Source: a bacterium (GTDB lineage Bacteria > Zhuqueibacterota > Zhuqueibacteria > Oceanimicrobiales > Oceanimicrobiaceae). From it: DNA of 14,855 nt. Under the pieces are notes generated by a model, which made no database searches, was not told the origin of the DNA, and saw nothing but the letters and a program-made list of their open reading frames with translations. The translations under genes and the position numbers were made by a program. The stretch covers positions 1 through 14,855 of the forward strand of contig JBHIAC010000082.1 in the NCBI GenBank assembly GCA_046758365.1, given 5' to 3'. Of the stretch, positions 1-9,308 are shown one piece after another. Position 1 is the stretch's first letter. Every line of letters begins with the position of its first letter.

Positions 1-565
1 ATTGACGTATTGCGTAGAGTACAGCAAGGTTCGCTAGAATCGTATTCAAGGAACTGGAGGTGTAAAGAAAATTTATAACTGGACAAAATATTTCGTTTCG
101 ATCAAAGGGGATGATTCGAAGAAAGGTAGTCGTATATTGGAATTGCTCCTCTTTAAGAATAGAGATGAGGCCTTTAGACATGATCCATTTCGGTGGTATA
201 AATCCCAAGATTTTCTTTCCACTCACCTGCTGCAAGATTCGTTTCCCTTGAACAATCCTCTGATGTATTGCTTTTTGTTCTAAAGGAAAATATTCGTTTG
301 TGTAAGCAGATGTTTCATGAGTAAATCCATGCAAAACTGGTTCTCCATCCTTTAAGATTTTTTGGAAAAATTTACGATGGTATCTAATATCGTTCTTCTT
401 CACTCCCATATAGCATGGAACAACTAGAGAGACATACTCATCAATATCCAACTGTTCTAGTGTCTGAATGATTTCCTGAATGTCGTCAGCAAATTGTGGA
501 GAGACATCGTGGATTGATAGAATCACTGTTTTCTTTCTCAGCCAGATCACACTCGTGTGCCTCAT
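1..565 (-). CDS. DUF2334-family / polysaccharide deacetylase-like protein, partial (3' end runs off the left edge)
   Basis: Hand translation from ATG 565 is open to the window edge: MRHTSVIWLRKKTVILSIHDVSPQF...SLVVPCYMG...EPVLHGFTHE...ILGFIPPKWIMS. SIHDVSP, LHGxTH and GFxPPxW are NodB-like/DUF2334 motifs. Not in the ORF track; exact start uncertain. Confidence 0.8.
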   Translation of the reverse strand, partial: MRHTSVIWLRKKTVILSIHDVSPQFADDIQEIIQTLEQLDIDEYVSLVVPCYMGVKKNDIRYHRKFFQKILKDGEPVLHGFTHETSAYTNEYFPLEQKAIHQRIVQGKRILQQVSGKKILGFIPPKWIMSKGLISILKEEQFQYTTTFLRIIPFDRNEIFCPVINFLYTSSSLNTILANLAVLYAIRQ

Positions 566-700
566 ATATCCATAGGAATTCCGTAACTGCTTTCTAATGA
601 CTCTGATTTATTAATGATGGTTTATTTATGGAATCCTGACGCGGCATACCAGATTTATAAGTTTATTTGATATTCCTCTACTATCATTAAGCAACTAAAC

Positions 701-2641
701 CTATTTTACTATCCCTTCCCGAGTTTTTACAGCGATTCCTTTTTTGAAGTGTATCATTTCTAAGGGGGCCATCATCGCAGTTCCAGTACCTACCAGATCA
801 CCTGTCTCACTAACCACTAGTACTTCATCTCCACTTCTAATCCCCTCCCAGGCATTCAGTACAAATTTTGCAAAGACAGTCTTCCCTTCGCGGACAAAAG
901 GTTCGGCCGCTTTATCGATAACCACTCGCATATTCGAATTTGGTAACAGATTATGAAGAGCCTCTGCTAGCTCAATACGTGGGATAATAACGAAATCACG
1001 AGCCCTGATTGAAGCCATGAGTTTTAATCCATCGTAGATCCAGCCAATTCTTCCTGTACGTTTAGAACGACGGATTTTCGGACAAACTATTGCATTTTCT
1101 GCCTCTATACCAAATTGATAAACTAAGAAAGAGCGAGCTATAATTTCGTTATAAATTTCACTTGTTATTGAAGGCGAATCCAATGATTCCACTAATTCAC
1201 ATCCGTAGGTTTCTGCAAGGCTACTAGCGGCCTCCACGCTCTGATGAATCAAAACTTCCTTAAAACATGGAATATTCTTTTCTAGAAAAGTGCGTAAGAA
1301 TTCTTCTTGGTCTATAAAGACTGTATAGGCTTTATACTGAAGCAGAGGATATTTTTGTTGAATTTCAAGTGGGATCAATCCAAAAACATCAGAAATGATG
1401 CATATTTGCCATCCTGGTGAGGTAGTTATGCCATTTTTTGATCGTGTCAACAGGAGTGTGTCGTTCCACACATAAAAAGAGTCAATCATTCTCTGAAGAT
1501 GTCGTACTATTAATGGATGCTGTAACATTTCCTTTCTTGTGATGAAAAGTGCTCTTTTTTTTGACAAGGGTTCAAATCTTTCAATGAATTGGATGTGTTT
1601 CCTCTCAAAGACCGTCTTCCAAGCGTCTATCAAGTGTGGATGCGCTGCAATTCGTTCTGAGACAAGTCGCCACAGGGTTCCTTCTCGAATGGACTGTTTA
1701 ATGAGTTTAAGCTCTTGGAAGCTCACATAAAGATTATGAATTGCGAGTACCTTTTCTTTTTCATCACGGCTCATCTCACGGACTTCATTTGGCTCATTTT
1801 TTGAGCAGATAGGACACGAACAAGGGAAATACTCAAGGTTTTGCAGAAGGTATGTCCCATGAGGGGTCAAGTATCGCTCTTCTTTGGCGAACAATGCATA
1901 TGCAGCGCTGTCAAACAAATCACATCCTAAAAGGGTGGCAAAACTGAAGAACATAGGATGGCCCGCCCCGAACAAATGTAATGGCCGGTTTACGGGCACC
2001 TGTTGCTTTGAAGCTAAGATCATTTTTACAACTGTTGGGAACGAGTATTCTTCAAGAAGTGGAACTACACTTCCAAGCGCATGTAAATCAAAAGGAAGCT
2101 TACCTAAGATGCGAGCACATTCCGTCACTAAATCAATGTAGGGACCTCCTTGAATAGGTCCCACCCACAGAATTTGTTCGCTCTTCTTAAGTTTTTTAAA
2201 CTCTTTTGCGCGTATTAATGTTTCCTGTACTGCGTTTTCAAAGTCTTTTCTTGGGCCCTTTGCTACTGGAATATCGAGAATAATTCCAATATCTGAGCCG
2301 ATATCACATTGAAATTTGATAATCACTTCATTAGTTATGTCAATGTCTCCATACTGCATCAATTGAAAAGCTCCAGAATCGGTCATCACCGGACCCTGCC
2401 ATCCAATGACCTTATGAACACCAGATTCGAGTGCTTTGCTTCTGGCACTATCATTAGTATGAATGAGGAATGCATTAGTAATCACAGCACTCGTTCCAGC
2501 TTTTTTTAACTCATTTGGAGCGATTTTTTGGTGAATTGGGTTAATAACGGGCAGGAGACAGGGTGTTTCAATTATTCCGCTACGTGTTGCCAAAGTACCT
2601 ATCCTTCCAAGCCCATCTTTGTATCTTAATTCAAAAACCAC
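701..2641 (-). CDS. tgtA: Archaeosine tRNA-guanine(15) transglycosylase with C-terminal PUA domain
   Basis: TGT motifs MTDSGAFQL, LDIP, GPIQGG, HLFGAGHPM and GCDLFDSAAY; zinc site CSCPIC...H; PUA-like tail (VFAKFV...IRSGDEVLVV...GTGTA). Start reassigned to the in-frame GTG at 2641, downstream of a GAGGAG SD; the ORF track starts at 2704. Confidence 0.96.
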   Translation of the reverse strand: MVFELRYKDGLGRIGTLATRSGIIETPCLLPVINPIHQKIAPNELKKAGTSAVITNAFLIHTNDSARSKALESGVHKVIGWQGPVMTDSGAFQLMQYGDIDITNEVIIKFQCDIGSDIGIILDIPVAKGPRKDFENAVQETLIRAKEFKKLKKSEQILWVGPIQGGPYIDLVTECARILGKLPFDLHALGSVVPLLEEYSFPTVVKMILASKQQVPVNRPLHLFGAGHPMFFSFATLLGCDLFDSAAYALFAKEERYLTPHGTYLLQNLEYFPCSCPICSKNEPNEVREMSRDEKEKVLAIHNLYVSFQELKLIKQSIREGTLWRLVSERIAAHPHLIDAWKTVFERKHIQFIERFEPLSKKRALFITRKEMLQHPLIVRHLQRMIDSFYVWNDTLLLTRSKNGITTSPGWQICIISDVFGLIPLEIQQKYPLLQYKAYTVFIDQEEFLRTFLEKNIPCFKEVLIHQSVEAASSLAETYGCELVESLDSPSITSEIYNEIIARSFLVYQFGIEAENAIVCPKIRRSKRTGRIGWIYDGLKLMASIRARDFVIIPRIELAEALHNLLPNSNMRVVIDKAAEPFVREGKTVFAKFVLNAWEGIRSGDEVLVVSETGDLVGTGTAMMAPLEMIHFKKGIAVKTREGIVK

Positions 2642-2649
2642 TAAATCAA

Positions 2650-2655
2650 CTCCTC
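2650..2655 (-). promoter_or_regulatory. Shine-Dalgarno site for tgtA
   Basis: Minus-strand GAGGAG 8 nt before the in-frame GTG at 2641. Confidence 0.6.
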
Positions 2656-2868
2656 TTACTTCATAAAACAGAGTCCAAATCATCAAATTTAGGTAATTCA
2701 GCAAGTTTTAACTTACATTCTCAAGAATTATTTGCATCAAGAGTGTGAAAGGTTGAATTGTTGGAATTGGTATGATATTCGAATTGATATTTCAACAATT
2801 AATTGATAAAAAGCTTCATTTTACTGATATTGTTGTTAAAATCGCTTTGTTTTGTCTATTTTCATAAA

Positions 2869-3324
2869 TCACTTATTTTGGAACAGAAAATCGAGAATTT
2901 TTTCAGAAATTGTACATTTTGGAGAATTGTAATATTTTAATTGTATAGTATTTGCACTCTCAATACACTCTAGCAATTGATCGATATGTTTACACCAGAT
3001 TAAGTATTTTTTATCTGATAATTCTTTCAAAAATCGTTTAGCCGCTCTTCTAACATCTGGATTTTCAATTACAATGAGTTTCTTTTTAAGCTCTAAACAT
3101 TCAAAAATTGTAGCAGCTCCCGCATGAGATATGATTAGCTTTGCTTTTTTTAAAAAAGTGATTAATGATTTTGTAAATCGAAAAAATTTGATGTTTTTTG
3201 GGACGTAATTTCCGTTTCCTATTTGCGCTATGACTTTATTTCTAATTTTTTTATTCTCAACTAATTTATCGATTTTTCTGAGCAAGGAATCAAATTCCGT
3301 AGTACCTACTGTTATAAAAATCAT
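2869..3324 (-). CDS. alg13: Alg13/PssE-like nucleotide-sugar-binding glycosyltransferase subunit (GT28 C-terminal-type domain)
   Basis: MIFITVGTTEFDSL, VIAQIGNG and IISHAGAATI match Alg13 signatures (VTVGTTxFD, QIG, ISHAGxG). The start overlaps the alg14 stop as ATGA (3321-3324). Confidence 0.88.
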   Translation of the reverse strand: MIFITVGTTEFDSLLRKIDKLVENKKIRNKVIAQIGNGNYVPKNIKFFRFTKSLITFLKKAKLIISHAGAATIFECLELKKKLIVIENPDVRRAAKRFLKELSDKKYLIWCKHIDQLLECIESANTIQLKYYNSPKCTISEKILDFLFQNK

Positions 3325-3797
3325 TTAAATCGGCCTGCATAAATGGCTTTGGGATATAAAGTTTTCAATCCTTTCCATTGAACGAAAAAAAGATCAGCAA
3401 TTGGATATATTAGTCGCCCTGATAAAGATCGGTCAAAGACACGAGACCAACTTTCAATGAAAATTACTTTCCTCCCCATAAGTTTTCCAAGATAGGAAAT
3501 GGGTACAGATGAACTTGTTCCACAAGAAATAATTGCATCAGGTCTTGCCTTTATTAAAATCCATATTGATTGAAAAATCATAGCTAAAGTTCCAAAAATA
3601 TCATAAATCAAGCCAGAATCTTTTTTTCTGGCTCCAAATATTCGATAAATCTCCCCATGCATCTTATCTAATCCAAATTGTTCTCTTTTAAGAACAAGAT
3701 AGCATGAGTCAATTTTTAATTTTAGTTGTTCGTCTAAAAGCAACATTTGTTTGGTATGCCCACCATGACTCATCACTAATAGTACTTTTTTTCGCAT
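3321..3797 (-). CDS. alg14: Alg14/PssD-like acceptor-binding glycosyltransferase subunit
   Basis: SHGGHT, RPDAIISCG, VIFIESWSRV, SLSGRLIYPIADLFFVQW and LYPKAIYAGR are Alg14 family signatures. Confidence 0.92.
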   Translation of the reverse strand: MRKKVLLVMSHGGHTKQMLLLDEQLKLKIDSCYLVLKREQFGLDKMHGEIYRIFGARKKDSGLIYDIFGTLAMIFQSIWILIKARPDAIISCGTSSSVPISYLGKLMGRKVIFIESWSRVFDRSLSGRLIYPIADLFFVQWKGLKTLYPKAIYAGRFK

Positions 3798-3864
3798 ATT
3801 TTAACAGTTCAATTTCCAAACAAAAATATATTTGGTTAAATAATAAAAAAGCAGAAGGATACAT
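3798..3864. promoter_or_regulatory. Putative bidirectional promoter region between alg14 and aglH
   Basis: 67-bp very AT-rich gap between divergent start codons, with TATA-like tracts (AAAAATATATTT, TTAAATAATAAA). Confidence 0.5.
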
Positions 3865-4887
3865 ATGATTCTTGAATTTGTAATGCCTAGTGTCATTGCT
3901 TTTATTGTCACTTTAGTATTGACTCCTTATATGACTAAAAAACTTGATAAAATAGGTATTGTAGGAATTGACATTCATAAAGAAAGCAAACCTAGAGTTC
4001 CAGAAATGGGAGGAGTTATAATACTAATAGGAATGATTTCTAGCATTTTTATTACTTCTACTTTTTTCGACACACCTTCAAAAACAATCCTGCTTGCTGC
4101 TTTATTCACTCTTACTCTTATTGCAATAATTGGAATGATAGACGATCTTTTTCCTTTAAAACAATCTTATAAAGTGTTATTATGCGCCTTCGCAAGTGCT
4201 CCTTTAGTTATGATCCGTTTTGGAAGATCTATGGTTTACATTCCCTTTTTTGGCATAATGGAATTAGGATGGATTTATTGGATTATGGTAATCCCGATTG
4301 CAATAACAGGGGCAGCTAATGCGATAAATATGCTGGCGGGTTTAAATGGGCTTGAAACTGGCATAGGTGCTATAGCATGCGGAGGATTGATAATTTGTGC
4401 TTTAATAACAGGTTCCACCATTAGCGCTATATTTGGGCTTACTTTATTGGGCGCTTTACTAGCGTTTTTGAAATATAATATTTACCCTGCCAAGATTTTT
4501 CCCGGGGATACTGGAACCCTAATCATAGGCGCTTCTTTGGCTATTATGTCTACAATGGGAAATATGGAAAAAGCAGGAGCTGTTGCAATACTTCCTATGG
4601 CAGGAACAGCTATTTTAGGTATGCATTTTTTCGAACTAATTTTTAAAGCCAAAACAAAATTCAATGGAGAGAGTTTTGGCGTTTTAAGTAAGGAAGGGAA
4701 ACTTAAACCTCCCAAATTAAATGGAAAAGCACAAATTAGTTCTTTGACCCACTTAATCATGTGGAAGTATGATCTAACAGAAAAGCAGATAGTTTACCTC
4801 TTTTGGGCAATCCAGTTTTTAGTAATGATACTTGTAATTGCTTTAGTCTATACTGAGGTATTCGTGGTTCAATTAAATATCATTTAA
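3865..4887 (+). CDS. aglH: UDP-GlcNAc:dolichyl-phosphate GlcNAc-1-phosphotransferase (AglH/Alg7/DPAGT1-type)
   Basis: Polytopic membrane protein with VPEMGG, GMIDD, ANAINMLAGLNGLE and YPAKIFPGDTG. The NxxAGxNGLE form is the GPT/Alg7 type rather than the MraY/WecA DGLDGL type. Confidence 0.9.
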   Translation: MILEFVMPSVIAFIVTLVLTPYMTKKLDKIGIVGIDIHKESKPRVPEMGGVIILIGMISSIFITSTFFDTPSKTILLAALFTLTLIAIIGMIDDLFPLKQSYKVLLCAFASAPLVMIRFGRSMVYIPFFGIMELGWIYWIMVIPIAITGAANAINMLAGLNGLETGIGAIACGGLIICALITGSTISAIFGLTLLGALLAFLKYNIYPAKIFPGDTGTLIIGASLAIMSTMGNMEKAGAVAILPMAGTAILGMHFFELIFKAKTKFNGESFGVLSKEGKLKPPKLNGKAQISSLTHLIMWKYDLTEKQIVYLFWAIQFLVMILVIALVYTEVFVVQLNII

Positions 4888-5004
4888 CACAAATAAACAA
4901 AATAAAAAGATAATTTTAGCCAGTAATTACATTAGGAAATTTGTCTCTTTATAGGTATAGTATAACAATGTAGCAATGTAAGGATCTCTAGTGAGGTCAA
5001 AAAG

Positions 5005-6063
5005 ATGAAAAACCTATCCATAGCCATTATTGGGGGTGGTAAGTGGGGATACAACCATGTTCGGGTTTATACAGAGCTTTCTGAAATGGGTTTATGTGAT
5101 GAACTCATTTTATGTGACAGTAATCAAGAGACTTTAAACAGAATTACATCACAATACAGAATTCATGAAGTTTTTACCAATATAGATGAAATGTTAAAAG
5201 AAAAAACACCAGATGCAGCTATTATTGCTTCCCCCACGGATACTCATTATGAATTCGCAATGAAAATGCTTCCATTTTCACATTTATTCATTGAAAAACC
5301 GATTGCACTCACAATTCAAGATGCAAAACAGATACTTGAAACTGCCAAGAAGCATAAGAAACTCCTTCAAGTTGGACATATCGAGCGATTCAACCCCGCA
5401 GTCACTGCTCTAAAGACAACCCTTCAAGATCTTATTGAAGATGAACCAATTATTGATTTTTTTTCAAAAAGAATTGGTCCAGGTCCCCCAAGTCCTAAAT
5501 CTTATCATGGGGTGGGTTTTGATCTTTTGATCCATGACATAGACATATGTATGTATTTATTTGACGCCAAACCAACATTTGTGACCGCTATTGAAGCTAA
5601 ACCAACTAATTTTCTTTTTGCTTCTGAGTTACAAGCAATTTATACTTTTGAAATCCCTTTTAACGACGAAGGAGTTCTCTTGGCGAACCTGAGGGCTTCT
5701 TATCGTGCAAATCCTAGCTTAAAACAGAGATTTATTACAATTCAAACATATTCTCGAACAATAACGATGGATTATGTACTACAATCTGTAGTTGAAATAA
5801 AGGGGGAAGTACCGCAAAGCGCCAAAGCTGGTTTTATGGATGTTATGTTTACATATCTTGGTCGTGTACAAACAGAACGCTTTCTTTTTACTAAAGAAAG
5901 AGTTGAACCCTTATATTTACAGAACAAACATTTTATAGAGTCAGTGCTCAATAATAAGACTCCTGAAGTAGATGGAGTCGTCGGTACAAACGCTCTACGA
6001 TGCATTCTTGGAGCACTCGAATCTGTAAAAACAGGCAAAGTTACGAAAATAAACTGGGATTAG
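5005..6063 (+). CDS. Gfo/Idh/MocA oxidoreductase, probable UDP-GlcNAcA 3-dehydrogenase (WbpB-like)
   Basis: Rossmann motif IIGGGKWG, EKP motif, VGHIERFNPA and DLLIHDID; SD-like GAGGT at 4993-4997. Specific function inferred from neighbours. Confidence 0.85.
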   Translation: MKNLSIAIIGGGKWGYNHVRVYTELSEMGLCDELILCDSNQETLNRITSQYRIHEVFTNIDEMLKEKTPDAAIIASPTDTHYEFAMKMLPFSHLFIEKPIALTIQDAKQILETAKKHKKLLQVGHIERFNPAVTALKTTLQDLIEDEPIIDFFSKRIGPGPPSPKSYHGVGFDLLIHDIDICMYLFDAKPTFVTAIEAKPTNFLFASELQAIYTFEIPFNDEGVLLANLRASYRANPSLKQRFITIQTYSRTITMDYVLQSVVEIKGEVPQSAKAGFMDVMFTYLGRVQTERFLFTKERVEPLYLQNKHFIESVLNNKTPEVDGVVGTNALRCILGALESVKTGKVTKINWD

Positions 6064-6142
6064 CTCAAATAATTAGAATAAACAAGAAATAACTAATTAA
6101 TGTATATGCCTGATATTCATTCTTTATCAGATTTGATGTTAA

Positions 6143-7534
6143 TTAAACATTAGGAGAAGGAATATTTCCAATCGCAACATATCTGATGTCTTTGATGTTC
6201 ATCATCTGAGTCGTTTCAAACATTTTTCTTCCATCTATAAGGATTACAGGCTTATTGACATTTTCAAATAACTGAGGAAGTGTTTTTTCTTTATATTGTT
6301 GATGTTCCGTTGCGAGTATAATACAGTCCGCTCCAGAAGTAGCTTCTTCTAAATCATCAGTAAAGGAAAAAGGAAAACGATGTGCTTCTTTCTGAGACCA
6401 TAAAGGATCATGTACCATTACCATGAGACCTCGTTCCTTCAAAGCTTCAACTAATGGATATACTGGTGAGAACCGATCCTCTTTTACTCCTGCCCTATAA
6501 GATAGCCCAAGAACTGTGACTTTTGCGTTCTTAAGAGATTTTCCTGCAGCTTTAAGTTCTGTTATTACAAGTTCAGAAGTATGTAGGGGCGCCCTTAGAT
6601 TGATTTTGCGGGCAGTTTGGATCAGAGATGGTTTGTGCTTAAGAGATTCGATCACATCCGCTAGAAAAAGAGGGTATACCGGAATACAGTGTCCCCCAGT
6701 ACCAATTCCTGGTTGTAGAATATTGCAGTATGGTTGTGTATTAGCCGCTTGGATTACTCTATAAACATCAATACTCAATTTTTCACAGATCCAAGCTATT
6801 TCATTGGCAAGAGCAATATTCACATCTCTGTAAATCCCTTCAAATACCTTTGTAATCTCTGCGGAGCGTGTGCTACCTAGCTTGATGACTCCTTTACGAG
6901 CAATAACCTCGTAAATCGCTGTAATCACTTCTTCACTTCGCTTATCTACCCCTCCTACCAACTTAGGGTAGCGATTAACCACATCGGCAATTACACGCCC
7001 TATATAAACTCTTTCTGGGCTATAAACTAAACCAAAATCCCTAGATACTTTAAGTCCACTTTCCTTTTCTAATATAGGGCGCAAAAAATTTTCTGTGGTA
7101 CCAGGAGGGACAGTACTCTCCAATAGCACAACATCTCCCTTCCTTAACCCCTGACCTATATCTTTTGCAGCTGATTCCAAAAATGATAGATCGGGTCTTA
7201 ACTGCTCATCAACTAGAGTTGGTACTACTATTACTGATAAATCGGATTGTCGGGCCGCTTCTACACCATTCATCGTGGCTTTTAACTTTTTTTGGCGAAC
7301 TAGACGTTCAACTAATTCATGAATATGAGGTTCTGGGTTTTCAGGTGTCTTTCCTTGGTTAAGAGCGTCTACAATTTCTTGGGAACGGTCTACTCCGATC
7401 ACCCGAGCTCCTGAATTTGCATATATAACTGCGAGAGGTAATCCTAGCTTTCCTAACCCGTGCATTGAAATCGTAATTTTGCCAGAACGTAACTGACTTT
7501 TGATTTCACTGCTTGATAGAAAGAGTAATGCCAT
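6143..7534 (-). CDS. UDP-N-acetylhexosamine 6-dehydrogenase (WbpA/WecC family)
   Basis: GLGKLGLP, VVPT, LESTVPPGTT, YSPER, RDVNIALANE, catalytic GGHCIP and C-terminal IDGR. Confidence 0.93.
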   Translation of the reverse strand: MALLFLSSSEIKSQLRSGKITISMHGLGKLGLPLAVIYANSGARVIGVDRSQEIVDALNQGKTPENPEPHIHELVERLVRQKKLKATMNGVEAARQSDLSVIVVPTLVDEQLRPDLSFLESAAKDIGQGLRKGDVVLLESTVPPGTTENFLRPILEKESGLKVSRDFGLVYSPERVYIGRVIADVVNRYPKLVGGVDKRSEEVITAIYEVIARKGVIKLGSTRSAEITKVFEGIYRDVNIALANEIAWICEKLSIDVYRVIQAANTQPYCNILQPGIGTGGHCIPVYPLFLADVIESLKHKPSLIQTARKINLRAPLHTSELVITELKAAGKSLKNAKVTVLGLSYRAGVKEDRFSPVYPLVEALKERGLMVMVHDPLWSQKEAHRFPFSFTDDLEEATSGADCIILATEHQQYKEKTLPQLFENVNKPVILIDGRKMFETTQMMNIKDIRYVAIGNIPSPNV

Positions 7535-7537
7535 ATT

Positions 7538-7544
7538 ATCACCT
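7538..7544 (-). promoter_or_regulatory. Archaeal-type Shine-Dalgarno site (AGGTGAT)
   Basis: Minus strand reads CAGGTGATAAT-ATG immediately before the dehydrogenase start at 7534. Confidence 0.65.
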
Positions 7545-7639
7545 GAATGATGGATTATTTCGATCTAGAGCCAATTTTTAGATTTTTATCTATTCGTTAT
7601 ATTAGAAGAAAGTTTTTTTCTCCCTTCTTCATTATATGA

Positions 7640-8233
7640 TTATTCTCTATTTTTTTGTACCCGACAAGGATTTCCATAAGCTATTACATTTCCAGGAATA
7701 TTTCTCGTGACAACAGAGCCCGCTCCGATCAATGAATTTTCTCCAATCTCAATTCCGGGTAGAATTATTACCCCAGCACCTATGGCACACTTTTTTCTCA
7801 AAATCGAAGCTTCAAGCAAGGATCGATCTGATGATGGAGGGATCTTGTCATTTGTTGTGACGGAAAATGGACCCATAAAAACTCCATCCTCTATTTGCAT
7901 CCCCCAAGTTACATAGACATTGCTTTGAATATTGACATGATCGCCGATTACGCAATTTCCATCAACAATACTATTGGTTCCGATCAGTACATTGTCTCCA
8001 ATTGTTGTATTTTCTCGGATCAGAACATGATGACCAGTTCGAAAATGATGGCCGATCTTTACATTGCCGTATATAACGGATCCTGATCTGATTATAGCTT
8101 CATCTCCGATTTCTAAGGGCATGTTATTCAACCCTAGCTCTACAAATGGGGCGATGGTGGAATTTCTGCCTATTTTTACATGCTTATGAACCACTAAACA
8201 TTTGTTCTTCTCGAGTTCTTTAATATTAACCAC
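7640..8233 (-). CDS. Hexapeptide-repeat (left-handed beta-helix) N-acetyltransferase, WbpD-like
   Basis: Repeated IG-type hexapeptides, [15 protein letters not shown] and GNPCR. The GTG start overlaps the aminotransferase stop by 8 nt. Confidence 0.9.
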   Translation of the reverse strand: MVNIKELEKNKCLVVHKHVKIGRNSTIAPFVELGLNNMPLEIGDEAIIRSGSVIYGNVKIGHHFRTGHHVLIRENTTIGDNVLIGTNSIVDGNCVIGDHVNIQSNVYVTWGMQIEDGVFMGPFSVTTNDKIPPSSDRSLLEASILRKKCAIGAGVIILPGIEIGENSLIGAGSVVTRNIPGNVIAYGNPCRVQKNRE

Positions 8234-9308
8234 TCAGATCCCTCAAAACACTTACAATCTTTTTCTTTTCCCCCCCTGTCAAATCAGGACGAATCGGTAT
8301 TGATATCACAGTTTTAGCAACCTCTTCTGCGTCCGTTAGGTTAATATTCCCCTGAAGCGTCTTATAGAAAGGTTGCAAGTGAATTGGAAGAGGATAGTGA
8401 ATTCCAAACCCGATTCCTGTTTCTTCAAATTTTTTTACAATTTTATCCCGCTTCTTTGATTTGATTGTATATTGATTAAAGACATGTTTGCAACCATTGG
8501 GGATTACTGGGAGATTGATGTATTCAACATCACTCAATTCCCTATAATAGAATTCAGCATTGGTGATCCTTTTTTCATTGAGAGAATCAAGGGTTTTAAG
8601 ACTGTCCAATGCAATGACAGCGTTAACCTCTGACATTCTGAAATTGTAGCCAAGAGCTACATGATGATATTTGCGGTTTTGACCGTGATTAACAAACAAC
8701 TGGATTCGTTCAAATATCTCCTCGTTGTTTGTAACAATCAACCCACCTTCCCCACCACATACCATGTTTTTTGTAGGATAAAGAGAAAAGACGCCAATTG
8801 TTCCGATGCTCCCGACCTTCTGATTCTTATATTCAGCTCCATGGGCTTGGCATGCATCTTCGATAATCCAAATTCTATCTTGTGCCAAGTCAGATAACTC
8901 ATCCATTGATGCTGAAAGACCATAGAGATGAACAGGAATTATAGCTTTCGTTTTATTCGAAATTTTCTTTTTTATACTTCTAGGATCTATGTTGAAGGTC
9001 ATTGGATCAATATCTGCAAATATTGGTTTAGCACCTTGGAATAAAACACAATTTGAAGTAGCTGCGAATGAAAAACTAGGGATAATAACTTCATCTCTAG
9101 ATCCTATATTGAGGGAATTAACGGCTGCCATCAGCGCAGCAGTGCCATTACTTACTGCTCTCGCGTATTTTACCCCCAAATATCTTGCAAACGCTTCTTC
9201 AAATTTTTTTACGTTGGATCCGTCTACCCACATCCCGGATTCTAAGACGAACTTCACTTTTTCAAGGGTTTTTTCCGATAAGCGTGGTTTTACAATCGGA
9301 ATTTTCAT
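8226..9308 (-). CDS. DegT/DnrJ/EryC1/StrS PLP-dependent sugar aminotransferase, WbpE-like
   Basis: [34 protein letters not shown] (PLP lysine), GEGG and GYNFRM. Confidence 0.95.
   Translation of the reverse strand: MKIPIVKPRLSEKTLEKVKFVLESGMWVDGSNVKKFEEAFARYLGVKYARAVSNGTAALMAAVNSLNIGSRDEVIIPSFSFAATSNCVLFQGAKPIFADIDPMTFNIDPRSIKKKISNKTKAIIPVHLYGLSASMDELSDLAQDRIWIIEDACQAHGAEYKNQKVGSIGTIGVFSLYPTKNMVCGGEGGLIVTNNEEIFERIQLFVNHGQNRKYHHVALGYNFRMSEVNAVIALDSLKTLDSLNEKRITNAEFYYRELSDVEYINLPVIPNGCKHVFNQYTIKSKKRDKIVKKFEETGIGFGIHYPLPIHLQPFYKTLQGNINLTDAEEVAKTVISIPIRPDLTGGEKKKIVSVLRDLSG

Noticed and set aside
2642..2704. 21-aa N-terminal extension of TgtA in the ORF track
   Set aside because: TGT-like sequence begins at VFEL, and a GAGGAG SD precedes GTG 2641.
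744..2748. Five short plus-strand ORFs over tgtA
   Set aside because: Antisense shadows of a well-supported gene.
3865..4887. Bacterial MraY/WecA interpretation
   Set aside because: The motif is NMLAGLNGLE (GPT/AglH type), and the context is archaeal (tgtA with PUA domain, GGTGA SDs).
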